From a virus (lineage: Duplodnaviria > Caudoviricetes): a DNA stretch of 56,970 nt. The notes under the pieces are model-generated. The model did not search any database. It had not been told where the DNA came from and saw only the letters and a program-made list of their open reading frames with translations. How positions within the stretch are numbered: position 1 is the stretch's first letter; each line of letters opens with the position of its first letter. The DNA is taken from IMG/VR virus record IMGVR_UViG_3300049436_000157, positions 1 through 56,970 of that record. One strand, written 5' to 3'. The position numbers and the translations under genes were made by a program. Of this stretch, positions 6,614-14,004 are shown in pieces.

Positions 6614-7780
6614 CTATTCCGCCTGGAACATATCGCTGCCACCGGTGCCGGCCGGCTTGGCATTGGCGATGGACACGTTGATCTGACGCTGCTGGTTCTC
6701 CGGCAGGCCGCGGGCGATGTCCCGGGCCATATCGAAGTCGCCGGACTTGACGGCCGACATGGCGTCGTCGAAGGTTGGGGCGCCAGAAGCTGCGCGTACT
6801 GAAGAAACCTCGGCGCTTACCGTCCCTACAGAAACCGTTTCCGCGTCTGCTTCGATGTGGGTGGTCACCGTTTCAACCTCCTGATGCTCCAGCGCAGGAG
6901 GTTCGGCGCCTTCCTCGAACACTTGGCTGATGGTGGCCGGGTCGGCCATGGCGGAAAAATCGACGGCCCGCTCGTCCAGCTGGCTTGCGATGGCGATAGG
7001 GTCGTTTGATGCCAGCGGAAGCCTCGAGTTGATGATCTTCTTGATCACCGTCTTGCTTGCCATGGTGTCCTCGTGCATCACCCATGGCGTGTCGGCGAGT
7101 TTCTGCGCGGCCTTGGCGCGGTCCTTGTCGCTGTCGGCTTGATCGACGGCGCGAACCAGTGAGTTGTAGGTTTCGGACTTGGAGCGCGCCTTGTAGATTT
7201 CGTCGAGCGGCAGGGTCAGGGCTACCTCGTTGCCGTTCTTCATCTTGATGAGGCAGTAGGCGCCGACCAGCGGTCCACGGTCCTTGAGGGCCTTCCTGAA
7301 CCGGACCAGGCCGGTGCTACCCTGCATGTGCTCGAATTCGTCTCGTTCGTGGATCGCCTCGGCCTCGAGGGACGCTACGTTTGGACTGCGGTAGGCCAGG
7401 GTGATGAATCCCTTGTAGCCGATCTGGAATTGGCACTCGGTTCCGATGACGCCCCATTTTCCGTTCGGCAGCTTGCCGCGCTTGTCGTAGGGGATCAGGT
7501 ACGCCTGCCCGGCCGGCGTGTTGGGCTCAAGTCCAAGGGCGGCGGCGGCCATGAACGCACCGAGCACGCTCTGCGGGTCGCACTGGGCGAGCTTCGGGGT
7601 CTTGCGGATCGCATTGACGCAGAGCGCCAGCATGCGGTCTCCGGTCATGTAGCGGCCGGCCATGGCCGTCATCTGCTTCTTGGTCTTCTCGGCGCCGAGC
7701 AATTGCAGGATATTGGCCCGAGGCTGGCTTGCTGCTGGTGTGCCCCCTTCCTTCAGGGTGGCGATGTTGGTCGCGCTCAT
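6614..7780 (-). CDS. recT: RecT-family single-strand annealing protein
   Basis: PKLAQCDPQS...LGLEP...GQAYLIPY...QFQIGYKG...MASKTVIK. Confidence 0.93.
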   Translation of the reverse strand: MSATNIATLKEGGTPAASQPRANILQLLGAEKTKKQMTAMAGRYMTGDRMLALCVNAIRKTPKLAQCDPQSVLGAFMAAAALGLEPNTPAGQAYLIPYDKRGKLPNGKWGVIGTECQFQIGYKGFITLAYRSPNVASLEAEAIHERDEFEHMQGSTGLVRFRKALKDRGPLVGAYCLIKMKNGNEVALTLPLDEIYKARSKSETYNSLVRAVDQADSDKDRAKAAQKLADTPWVMHEDTMASKTVIKKIINSRLPLASNDPIAIASQLDERAVDFSAMADPATISQVFEEGAEPPALEHQEVETVTTHIEADAETVSVGTVSAEVSSVRAASGAPTFDDAMSAVKSGDFDMARDIARGLPENQQRQINVSIANAKPAGTGGSDMFQAE

Positions 7781-7801
7781 GGTCTGGTGGTCTCCAGTGA
7801 A

Positions 7802-8617
7802 TTATTCGTGATAGATACAGGTGTCGAAAACAGGGCAAAACTTCTCCCCGCACATGAAGCTGCGCGGGTTCGGCGGAAACAGTCCGGTGCGGAACATCTC
7901 GGCGGCGAACTGGATCAGGCCCGGCATGGTGTCGGTGCCGACCATGATCCGTTTCGGGTTGATCACCGAGGCGGTGGCCACTTCCAGAGTGCCCTTGGTC
8001 TTGAGGCCGATGATCTCCGCCGGCTCGGTGATGGCCTGGCCGGTGGTGTGCTCGTGCAGAAGCTCATAGGTGCCGAGCTGGGCGCCGTGGCCATCGATCT
8101 TGGCCGCGCCTTTCTGCACCGCCGTGGCGCCGCTTTTCAGGTCGGCGATGCCCAATCCGCTGGTCCCCTGCTTGAGGCGTGAGCGGTCCATCGTGCCGGT
8201 CAGGCGGACGATGACGCCGTTGCCGCAATCAATGTCCATGGGCTTTGTTTCAAGCTCAACCCCGGCGAAGGTGTAGCGCGGGCTGATCTCGGCGCAATAC
8301 TTTGAGTGCAGCGTCAGGCCAATCTTCTCGGCCTCCGGCATGGTCAGATCGTCCAGGTTCATGTCGACCTCGGCGGCCGATTCCTTCAGGGAGTCGACCA
8401 CGGCGCCGGCGGCGTCCGTTGGGGTCAGGCCCTGGCCGTTCATGCGGCTGGTGTCGTAGATGGCCGTGGCCCTGTGGATGGCCGTGCCAAGGGCCATGCG
8501 CAGGCCGATGGGGTTGCGCTTCTTGTCGATGTGGATGGCGTGCCAGCGCATGGCGCAGTCGAATAGCGCGCCCCAGCTGGAGGCGCGGACCGTCATCGAC
8601 GGGGTGATTTCGTTCAT
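7802..8617 (-). CDS. PD-(D/E)XK exonuclease (RecB/Cas4-like)
   Basis: GTAIH, LTGTMD, IADLKSG, QLGTY; one N-terminal plus three C-terminal Cys; adjacent to recT. Confidence 0.85.
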   Translation of the reverse strand: MNEITPSMTVRASSWGALFDCAMRWHAIHIDKKRNPIGLRMALGTAIHRATAIYDTSRMNGQGLTPTDAAGAVVDSLKESAAEVDMNLDDLTMPEAEKIGLTLHSKYCAEISPRYTFAGVELETKPMDIDCGNGVIVRLTGTMDRSRLKQGTSGLGIADLKSGATAVQKGAAKIDGHGAQLGTYELLHEHTTGQAITEPAEIIGLKTKGTLEVATASVINPKRIMVGTDTMPGLIQFAAEMFRTGLFPPNPRSFMCGEKFCPVFDTCIYHE

Positions 8618-8620
8618 TGT

Positions 8621-8827
8621 TCAGTCCTCGTGGTGGTCGTGGTTGACGCCGTGGTTCTTGCAGGCCTTGCAGCGCCTGGCATTACGGTTTTCGTCCTGGG
8701 TCAGGGTCCGGTCGAAGGCGACGCAGTGCGCGGCGCCGAAGATCCGCGCCAGGTGCCCGCAGTGCGCCGGGCAGATTCCGTCGGCCAGGCCCGGGGAGTA
8801 GTTCAGGTGCTCGGCGGTGGTGGTCAT
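8621..8827 (-). CDS. Small Cys-rich protein
   Basis: CPAHC..C..CKAC; ATGA overlap with the upstream gene. Confidence 0.6.
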   Translation of the reverse strand: MTTTAEHLNYSPGLADGICPAHCGHLARIFGAAHCVAFDRTLTQDENRNARRCKACKNHGVNHDHHED

Positions 8828-9108
8828 CGGGTGGCCTCCCATCTCGTCGGGAGCCCGTCAATGCGGCGGACCACTTCGCGCTCAGCCATCCGCCGGCAGA
8901 CATTGGTGATCGTCGACGGGGACATGTCGCCCAGGTCAAAGTAGATGTCGGTGATCGAGGCCTGGCCTATCCGCTTGATGGCCATCAGCACGCGGTCATC
9001 CTTGGCCCGGTCCGACTGGCGGCGCGACTGGATCCGGCGCTGCTTAGCTGTCACTGGAGAAACGAGCGGCTTGCAGCCTCCGATCGCCAGATTCCACATG
9101 GATGTCAT
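8824..9108 (-). CDS. Winged-HTH-like protein
   Basis: VLMAIKRIGQASITDI...SPSTITNVCRRM...V-x-R; ATGA overlaps. Confidence 0.65.
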   Translation of the reverse strand: MTSMWNLAIGGCKPLVSPVTAKQRRIQSRRQSDRAKDDRVLMAIKRIGQASITDIYFDLGDMSPSTITNVCRRMAEREVVRRIDGLPTRWEATR

Positions 9109-9422
9109 CGAACGATGCTCCACAATCCCGGGGTGCCCCATCCCTTCTTCGACCGCTCTGCCTGGCCGCGCTGGAACATGTCGCGCATAATCTCCGCGAC
9201 CGTGTTCCTCGATAGGCCGGAGAGCTTGATGATGGCGTTTTCTGATACCGGACCATGATCGACCAGGATGGAAATCACCTGCTCCCTGTTCATGCCCCGG
9301 ATACGCTTAGCGGCTTGAACGCCAGCACGCTGGCCGGCGGCGATCCTGGCATCAGGAGTTCCCATCATTGGATAGGAAGCAACAGAGGCGAGGCCGGATA
9401 TTTGAGTTAGCCACATGCTCAT
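9105..9422 (-). CDS. Winged-HTH-like protein
   Basis: ILVDHGPVSENAIIKLSGLSRNTVAEIMRDM; GGAGG SD. Confidence 0.7.
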   Translation of the reverse strand: MSMWLTQISGLASVASYPMMGTPDARIAAGQRAGVQAAKRIRGMNREQVISILVDHGPVSENAIIKLSGLSRNTVAEIMRDMFQRGQAERSKKGWGTPGLWSIVR

Positions 9423-9456
9423 GTCGCCTTCCTCCGCACCCATGTGGCCCGGGCAA

Positions 9457-10050
9457 TCACGATGCCGACACAACCACTTTGAGAGCGCCAGCCGCCGAAG
9501 CGATGGCGTCCTTTGCCGCCTTCTCGATGTTCTTGGCGATCACCTTGTTAACGTCTGTCACCGCCTCTTTCGCCGCCTTTTCCATCGTGTCCTTGATGTA
9601 CATCTTCATAAGCACGGTCAGGCGCGGCCCGCACGATCGCCAGTTGTAGGTCGATTCGTTCTTTGCATCCATATCGGCCTTTGAGTTGCCGTGGTAGTCC
9701 ACTTCCTCGGTCATGTAGGTCTCTGCCCGGTGCGCGATGTATTCCTTGAAGGTCATCGACGCCGACTGCGGCTCGCCGTAGCGATTCGTCTTGCGCATGT
9801 CGGCCTTCTCGATCAGTTCGCCAACCCGGGGAACCAAATGCACGGCAGCCAGAGCCGCAATCTTTTCATCGACGGCCTTCTGAATGCGGGCCTCGATTGC
9901 CTTCTTAAACCGCGACTCGTAACGCGTCTCTTGCTCGGTGTCTGGGTCGAATCCGCTAGTGCTCAGCAGCACTTCAACCGCTTGATCTACGATCCGGTCG
10001 CCAAGTGCTTCTGGGCTGATTCCGAGTGCTTCGAGAGTCTTGATGTCCAT
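9457..10050 (-). CDS. Hypothetical phage protein
   Basis: 197-aa helical ORF with AAGGA SD. Confidence 0.8.
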   Translation of the reverse strand: MDIKTLEALGISPEALGDRIVDQAVEVLLSTSGFDPDTEQETRYESRFKKAIEARIQKAVDEKIAALAAVHLVPRVGELIEKADMRKTNRYGEPQSASMTFKEYIAHRAETYMTEEVDYHGNSKADMDAKNESTYNWRSCGPRLTVLMKMYIKDTMEKAAKEAVTDVNKVIAKNIEKAAKDAIASAAGALKVVVSAS

Positions 10051-10133
10051 GTTCTGTGTCCTTGTGTGTTTCGCTAGAGGTTTTGGTGCTGGCTAATCCG
10101 TAAATCAGCCGCCTGTTATTTCGCAGTTATCAA

Positions 10134-10235
10134 TCACAGCAGCAACTCCAGGATGTCCTGTGCTATGCCAGCGACCAGGACGAGGACGCACAGGGAGACA
10201 ATCGCGCGCTCGGCGATTTGGCGGTGGCTACGCAT
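10134..10235 (-). CDS. Small single-TM peptide (33 aa)
   Basis: MRSHRQIAERAIVSLCVLVLVAGIAQDILELLL; GGAG SD; overlaps the upstream stop. Confidence 0.55.
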   Translation of the reverse strand: MRSHRQIAERAIVSLCVLVLVAGIAQDILELLL

Positions 10236-10491
10236 GGCAACGCTCCGCCTTGTCTTCGTCTGCGCAGACCATCAGCATCTTCTCGACAGCCTCACGAATC
10301 CACGGCCATTCATCGCGGCAGATGGCCACTTTGTTCTCTCCGTGGGGGCCGGTGGGTTGAGAGATGAAAACAAACGGACCGGCTGCCTCGTCATCTATTC
10401 CGACCGTTGTTGCCTGCTCCGAGAATGTCGGTTCCGTCTTCGGCTTGACGATCATGGCGCTTGTGATGATGTGGTATTCAGGCACGGTCAT
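10228..10491 (-). CDS. Hypothetical protein
   Basis: 87-aa ORF in the operon. Confidence 0.7.
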   Translation of the reverse strand: MTVPEYHIITSAMIVKPKTEPTFSEQATTVGIDDEAAGPFVFISQPTGPHGENKVAICRDEWPWIREAVEKMLMVCADEDKAERCHA

Positions 10492-10591
10492 CCTCCCGGC
10501 GGCCTGGTCCGCTGCTGACGATGCTGGCGCCGGCCATTAGGCACATGGCGACAACGAAACCGACGATCACAACGACGGCAATCACGGACAT
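10478..10591 (-). CDS. Small single-TM peptide (37 aa)
   Basis: MSVIAVVVIVGFVVAMCLMAGASIVSS...; GGAGG SD; fills the gap between neighbours. Confidence 0.55.
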   Translation of the reverse strand: MSVIAVVVIVGFVVAMCLMAGASIVSSGPGRREDDRA

Positions 10592-10770
10592 GCGATCCTC
10601 CCCATGGTCAATTCGTGCTTATTGATTTCCCGGGCGGTGGCCTGTTCTGCCCTGGCCAGGGTGTAGAGGCGGGCCTGGGCATCAGCGAGCACGGCGCGCG
10701 CCTCGGTCATTTCGCGCTGTAGGCGACGCTGCCGGCGGCGCAGGAACATCAGGCGGATGGCAGGGATCAC
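10582..10770 (-). CDS. Small basic coiled-coil protein
   Basis: GTGA overlap with the upstream gene. Confidence 0.6.
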   Translation of the reverse strand: MIPAIRLMFLRRRQRRLQREMTEARAVLADAQARLYTLARAEQATAREINKHELTMGRIACP

Positions 10771-11123
10771 AGCCCATGCTCCGCGCAGAACTTCATGGCC
10801 GCGTAGCTGGATCCGTTTCCCCAGTCACGGCGAGCAATGATTCCGGCTTCGAGCTTCAGTAGCTCGTTGAGCCGGGTTTGCGCCTGGAAAATCTCCATGC
10901 TGGTGGTTGCCGACTGGAGCGCCCGAATCACGTCCTCTCGGTCCTCGGCCTCGTCCAGCAGGCCGGCCACGTCGGTGAGCAGCAGTTCGGTGGATCTCTC
11001 GCGGAGGAACTGTTCCTCCAACTCGTCCATCAGCCGGTCACGCTCGTCTGCGATCGCGGCGGCCATGGCCCCGATGCCCGGGTCCATCGACAGGGGAACG
11101 GTGATTCCAGATGCAAAGCCCAT
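10767..11123 (-). CDS. Acidic helical hypothetical protein
   Basis: GGAGG SD before the ATG at 11123. Confidence 0.7.
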   Translation of the reverse strand: MGFASGITVPLSMDPGIGAMAAAIADERDRLMDELEEQFLRERSTELLLTDVAGLLDEAEDREDVIRALQSATTSMEIFQAQTRLNELLKLEAGIIARRDWGNGSSYAAMKFCAEHGL

Positions 11124-11125
11124 GA

Positions 11126-11377
11126 CTACTTCCTCCGTGACAGCTTGTTGCGGTTCTTGTTGATGCGCTTCTGCGCCATCCTGCGCACCTGGGCGACAGT
11201 CCATCCCGGTCCGGTGGGGTAGTTCCACACAGAGGATTCTGGCGATGCCGTCGAGATGTGGTTTTCACGACGATCCGCAGCAACAGCCCGAGAAGTCGGC
11301 GTAAGCGCAATTGCTCCCACACCAGATACAGATCCAAGTGCTGCGGCAACAGCCGCCAAAAGAGATGACTTCCGCAT
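11126..11377 (-). CDS. First gene of the PL operon; hydrophobic N-terminus, Arg/Lys-rich C-terminus
   Basis: GGAGG SD; ends RRMAQKRINKNRNKLSRRK. Confidence 0.65.
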   Translation of the reverse strand: MRKSSLLAAVAAALGSVSGVGAIALTPTSRAVAADRRENHISTASPESSVWNYPTGPGWTVAQVRRMAQKRINKNRNKLSRRK

Positions 11378-11593
11378 TACATCCTCCGGTGTTCAGCCTG
11401 GTATCCCGCCAGGACGGGGACCGTCTTCCCGATCTGCCTGCGTGAGCACCCGCCGGTGGTTCCTGCACAATCAGCAGGGGCGATGTGGCCGGTTCATCCG
11501 GCTTGCCGTCGGGGGAAATCCTCCCGCGTCCGGTGGCTCGCTTCCGTTGGCTCACGGAACTATTGCCGGTCACATCCCGCTGCTGACGTGCAC

Positions 11594-11635
11594 AGTATGC
11601 GCAAAAGTTTGCCGCTTCGTCAAGCAAAAGTTTGC
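11594..11635 (-). promoter_or_regulatory. PL promoter with two operators
   Basis: -35 TTGACG (11623-11618), 18-bp spacer, -10 CATACT (11599-11594). GCAAAAGTTTGC at 11601-11612 and 11624-11635. Confidence 0.85.
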
Positions 11636-11680
11636 GCATTTGAAGCGTTGGTGTTGGTGGTGGGGGGCGACGGAGGAAAC

Positions 11681-11709
11681 AAAAAAGCCCGCCGTGGGTG
11701 GGCGGGCTT
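11681..11709 (-). terminator. Intrinsic terminator of the cI operon
   Basis: AAGCCCGCC-loop-GGCGGGCTT followed by a T tract on the minus strand. Confidence 0.85.
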
Positions 11710-11733
11710 GTATCGTTGGAGCTGATGAACTAC

Positions 11734-12075
11734 CTAGTTCTGTGGATCGGCTTGGTCTATGAAGTTACGATCAGCATCCGGGCAGATCATGGAACTGGTA
11801 CGGAACTCTCGGTGGGTGTAGAGAAAGCACTTGGTATCCATCGGTTCGCCCATGGCGCTCGGGATGACCACCAGGCGCACGGTTTCGCCGGGGGCGATCT
11901 CCTTTTCCTTGGCGATGTAAGCCCAATCCTTGAATCGCTGTACATCCGCGGCGTTACGCTGCGCTACCTGGTAGCGATGTCTCTCTGGGGCCGCCACCCA
12001 GGACTGGTATGCCCAAACCGCCAGGCCGGAGGCAACGATGAGCAGCCCAAGTCGAGTCTTGGTCGTCTCGGTCAT
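11734..12075 (-). CDS. Membrane-anchored protein in the immunity region
   Basis: N-terminal TM helix, C-terminal Cys pair; downstream of cI. Confidence 0.75.
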   Translation of the reverse strand: MTETTKTRLGLLIVASGLAVWAYQSWVAAPERHRYQVAQRNAADVQRFKDWAYIAKEKEIAPGETVRLVVIPSAMGEPMDTKCFLYTHREFRTSSMICPDADRNFIDQADPQN

Positions 12076-12296
12076 AACCGATCCCGGAAGCGACGTGCCG
12101 ATGCCTCGCTGATGGTTCGCTCACCAGTCAACTCGGCGATTTCCTCATCGCTGGCGACCACGCCGGTCTTAAGTGATACCCATCCGAACCAGAGGAGAAA
12201 TGCCGCAGGAACGGACAGCCACAAGGTCCAAATCACCATAGCCACTGCTGCAGAAAGGCACACGACGCCGATGATGATGGGAACATGTCGGTTCAC
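12072..12296 (-). CDS. Small membrane protein in the immunity region
   Basis: About 35 hydrophobic residues; AAAGG SD; ATGA overlap with the next gene. Confidence 0.7.
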   Translation of the reverse strand: MNRHVPIIIGVVCLSAAVAMVIWTLWLSVPAAFLLWFGWVSLKTGVVASDEEIAELTGERTISEASARRFRDRL

Positions 12297-12370
12297 TTCT
12301 ATGCCTTTCGTCTAATTCCCAAATTGAATAGCTGTTTGTACTATTCGCTGGCGCCACTCCGCCATGGATA

Positions 12371-12919
12371 TTACGCGGCCTTTGGACTGGGCTTGTTGGT
12401 ATGACGCCGGTTTGAGTCTTCTTTCTCGTCAAGGTACCTTTGAAGCAAGGATCTAAACAAAGATACGTCTTCGTTGCCAACGTACTCTGGGCGGTTAGTT
12501 CGCGCCAGGGCCTCCCGGACCAAGCTGTCCGGTTTCCCGCTTAAATGCTCTCTGAGCTTCTTCTCTCGCTCTGCTCCGGGCGAACTTGCCATTGCAATCT
12601 TGCGTTGGTAGTCCGATTCGATGGCTTGGTACATCTCGCGCTCGCGGATTGAGCGCTCGATGTCTGGGTGGAGGAGCTCCCATACCGCGCAGCCGAGCTT
12701 ATCGCAGATGCTGACGAGCTTGTCCATGGTTGGGAAGCCCTCCAGCTTGGTACTGGTGGTTGTCCTCCGGGATGGATCGAGAAGGTTTCGCACTGTGTTG
12801 GGGGATACCCCAGCCGCAATTCCCAGTGCGTTTGGGTTCTTGTAAGGGCAGGTTTCCCGCCCCATGAAGTAGCGCAGGTTCCTGGCGAGCGTGGCTTGTA
12901 GCTGCCGGTCTTTGGTCAT
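12371..12919 (-). CDS. cI: XRE-family repressor (cI-like) without an S24 peptidase domain
   Basis: LARNLR...LGIAAGVSPNTVRNL...PTMDKLVSICDKLGCAVWELL; divergent from cro across the operators. Confidence 0.8.
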   Translation of the reverse strand: MTKDRQLQATLARNLRYFMGRETCPYKNPNALGIAAGVSPNTVRNLLDPSRRTTTSTKLEGFPTMDKLVSICDKLGCAVWELLHPDIERSIREREMYQAIESDYQRKIAMASSPGAEREKKLREHLSGKPDSLVREALARTNRPEYVGNEDVSLFRSLLQRYLDEKEDSNRRHTNKPSPKAA

Positions 12920-12935
12920 GGCGAGAAACTAGCAC

Positions 12936-12979
12936 TTGACGAGCGCAAAAGTTTGCGTCTAAGATGCGCAAAACTTTGA
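12936..12979 (+). promoter_or_regulatory. PR promoter with operators
   Basis: -35 TTGACG (12936-12941), 18-bp spacer, -10 TAAGAT (12960-12965). GCAAAAGTTTGC at 12945-12956 and variant GCAAAACTTTGA at 12968-12979. Confidence 0.85.
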
Positions 12980-12990
12980 GTGGCCACGCC

Positions 12991-13218
12991 ATGACCGACC
13001 TCGTTAAGGAACTCCAGTCCGAGCTTCAATCCCGCAGGGGCGAATGGAAACTGATCGCCGAGAATGTCCCTGGGGCCTCTTATTCGTGGATATCCAAGGT
13101 TGGGCGCGGAAAGTACACGTCGTCCCCGTCCTACGAACGCATCGTGGCTGTTCTGTCGTTTCTGAAGGGCCTGAGAGGTAGGCCTTTGGTCGATGCGAGG
13201 GTCGGGAAGGCGGCGTGA
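12991..13218 (+). CDS. cro: Cro-like HTH regulator
   Basis: WKLIAENVPGASYSWISKVGRG...SPSYERI; first gene after PR. Confidence 0.8.
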   Translation: MTDLVKELQSELQSRRGEWKLIAENVPGASYSWISKVGRGKYTSSPSYERIVAVLSFLKGLRGRPLVDARVGKAA

Positions 13219-13315
13219 CATGCGACGCTGCGCTGTGACCCTATTCGTTCTCGGCGTCTTCGGTCTGCCGAAATCTCCGTACTGGTGGCGGCAGCAGTAC
13301 CGCCTGGAGCGCTGA

Positions 13316-13585
13316 ATGTCTTCACGGCTGGCGCGCTCAATCCACGGCACCGTGTTGGGGAAATGCACCGACGAGGTGAAGACCAAGGTTCCCGGCGACG
13401 ACAAGGAGGATTTCGACCGGTACTGTCGTTCTGTTGGGACGACGGCTGGGGAGTTGCTGAGAGACTTCATCCTGACAAAGACCCGCGGGGTTGAATTCGT
13501 CCGCAGTCTGTACGAGCGCCGCATGTCTGTCGTGTCCGCAATGGGGCCCGGTGAGGCCCCCGTCGATGGTGGAGGCCATGATTGA
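13316..13585 (+). CDS. Ribbon-helix-helix-like regulator in the cII position
   Basis: EVKTKV...KEDFDRYCRSVGTTAGELLRDFI; GGAG SD. Confidence 0.6.
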   Translation: MSSRLARSIHGTVLGKCTDEVKTKVPGDDKEDFDRYCRSVGTTAGELLRDFILTKTRGVEFVRSLYERRMSVVSAMGPGEAPVDGGGHD

Positions 13586-13953
13586 CCATGGCCGCCCGAG
13601 ACCGGATACGCCTGCCATCCCTGTACCAGCAGTTGATGGCCGCGGCTTCCTGCGCTGCCATGTGCCCAGGATCGCCACGACCTCATTGGCCGACAAACCC
13701 ATTCTCTTCGGGTGTCCGTGTCGGGTCCGTCACCGAGAAGGTGCGGTCCATCCTGGTGGCCAAGCACCCTCGGTGGCTGGAACATCGAGACCTGATGCGG
13801 ATGACCGGAGGATCCCGTGGGGCGATCTCCTGGGCCGTCCGGTACCTGCAGGAACACGGCCTGGCCAGGTCAATTCCATCCACGTCCTGCCGGCCTCAAG
13901 GCGGCGGGCCCCAGCTGCGCCGCTACCAGGCGGTGATCGAAGGATCTGAATGA
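13582..13953 (+). CDS. Winged-HTH-like protein
   Basis: RDLMRMTGGSRGAISWAVRYLQEHGL. Confidence 0.65.
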   Translation: MTMAARDRIRLPSLYQQLMAAASCAAMCPGSPRPHWPTNPFSSGVRVGSVTEKVRSILVAKHPRWLEHRDLMRMTGGSRGAISWAVRYLQEHGLARSIPSTSCRPQGGGPQLRRYQAVIEGSE

Positions 13954-14004
13954 TGGCCAGCAGCAATGATCGGTGCCCGCCGGGCCTGGACGGAGGATGC
14001 GGCC

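Noticed and set aside
7802-8617. Cas4-like nuclease as evidence of a CRISPR-Cas system
   Set aside because: No cas1/cas2 or array; its position beside recT indicates a recombination exonuclease.
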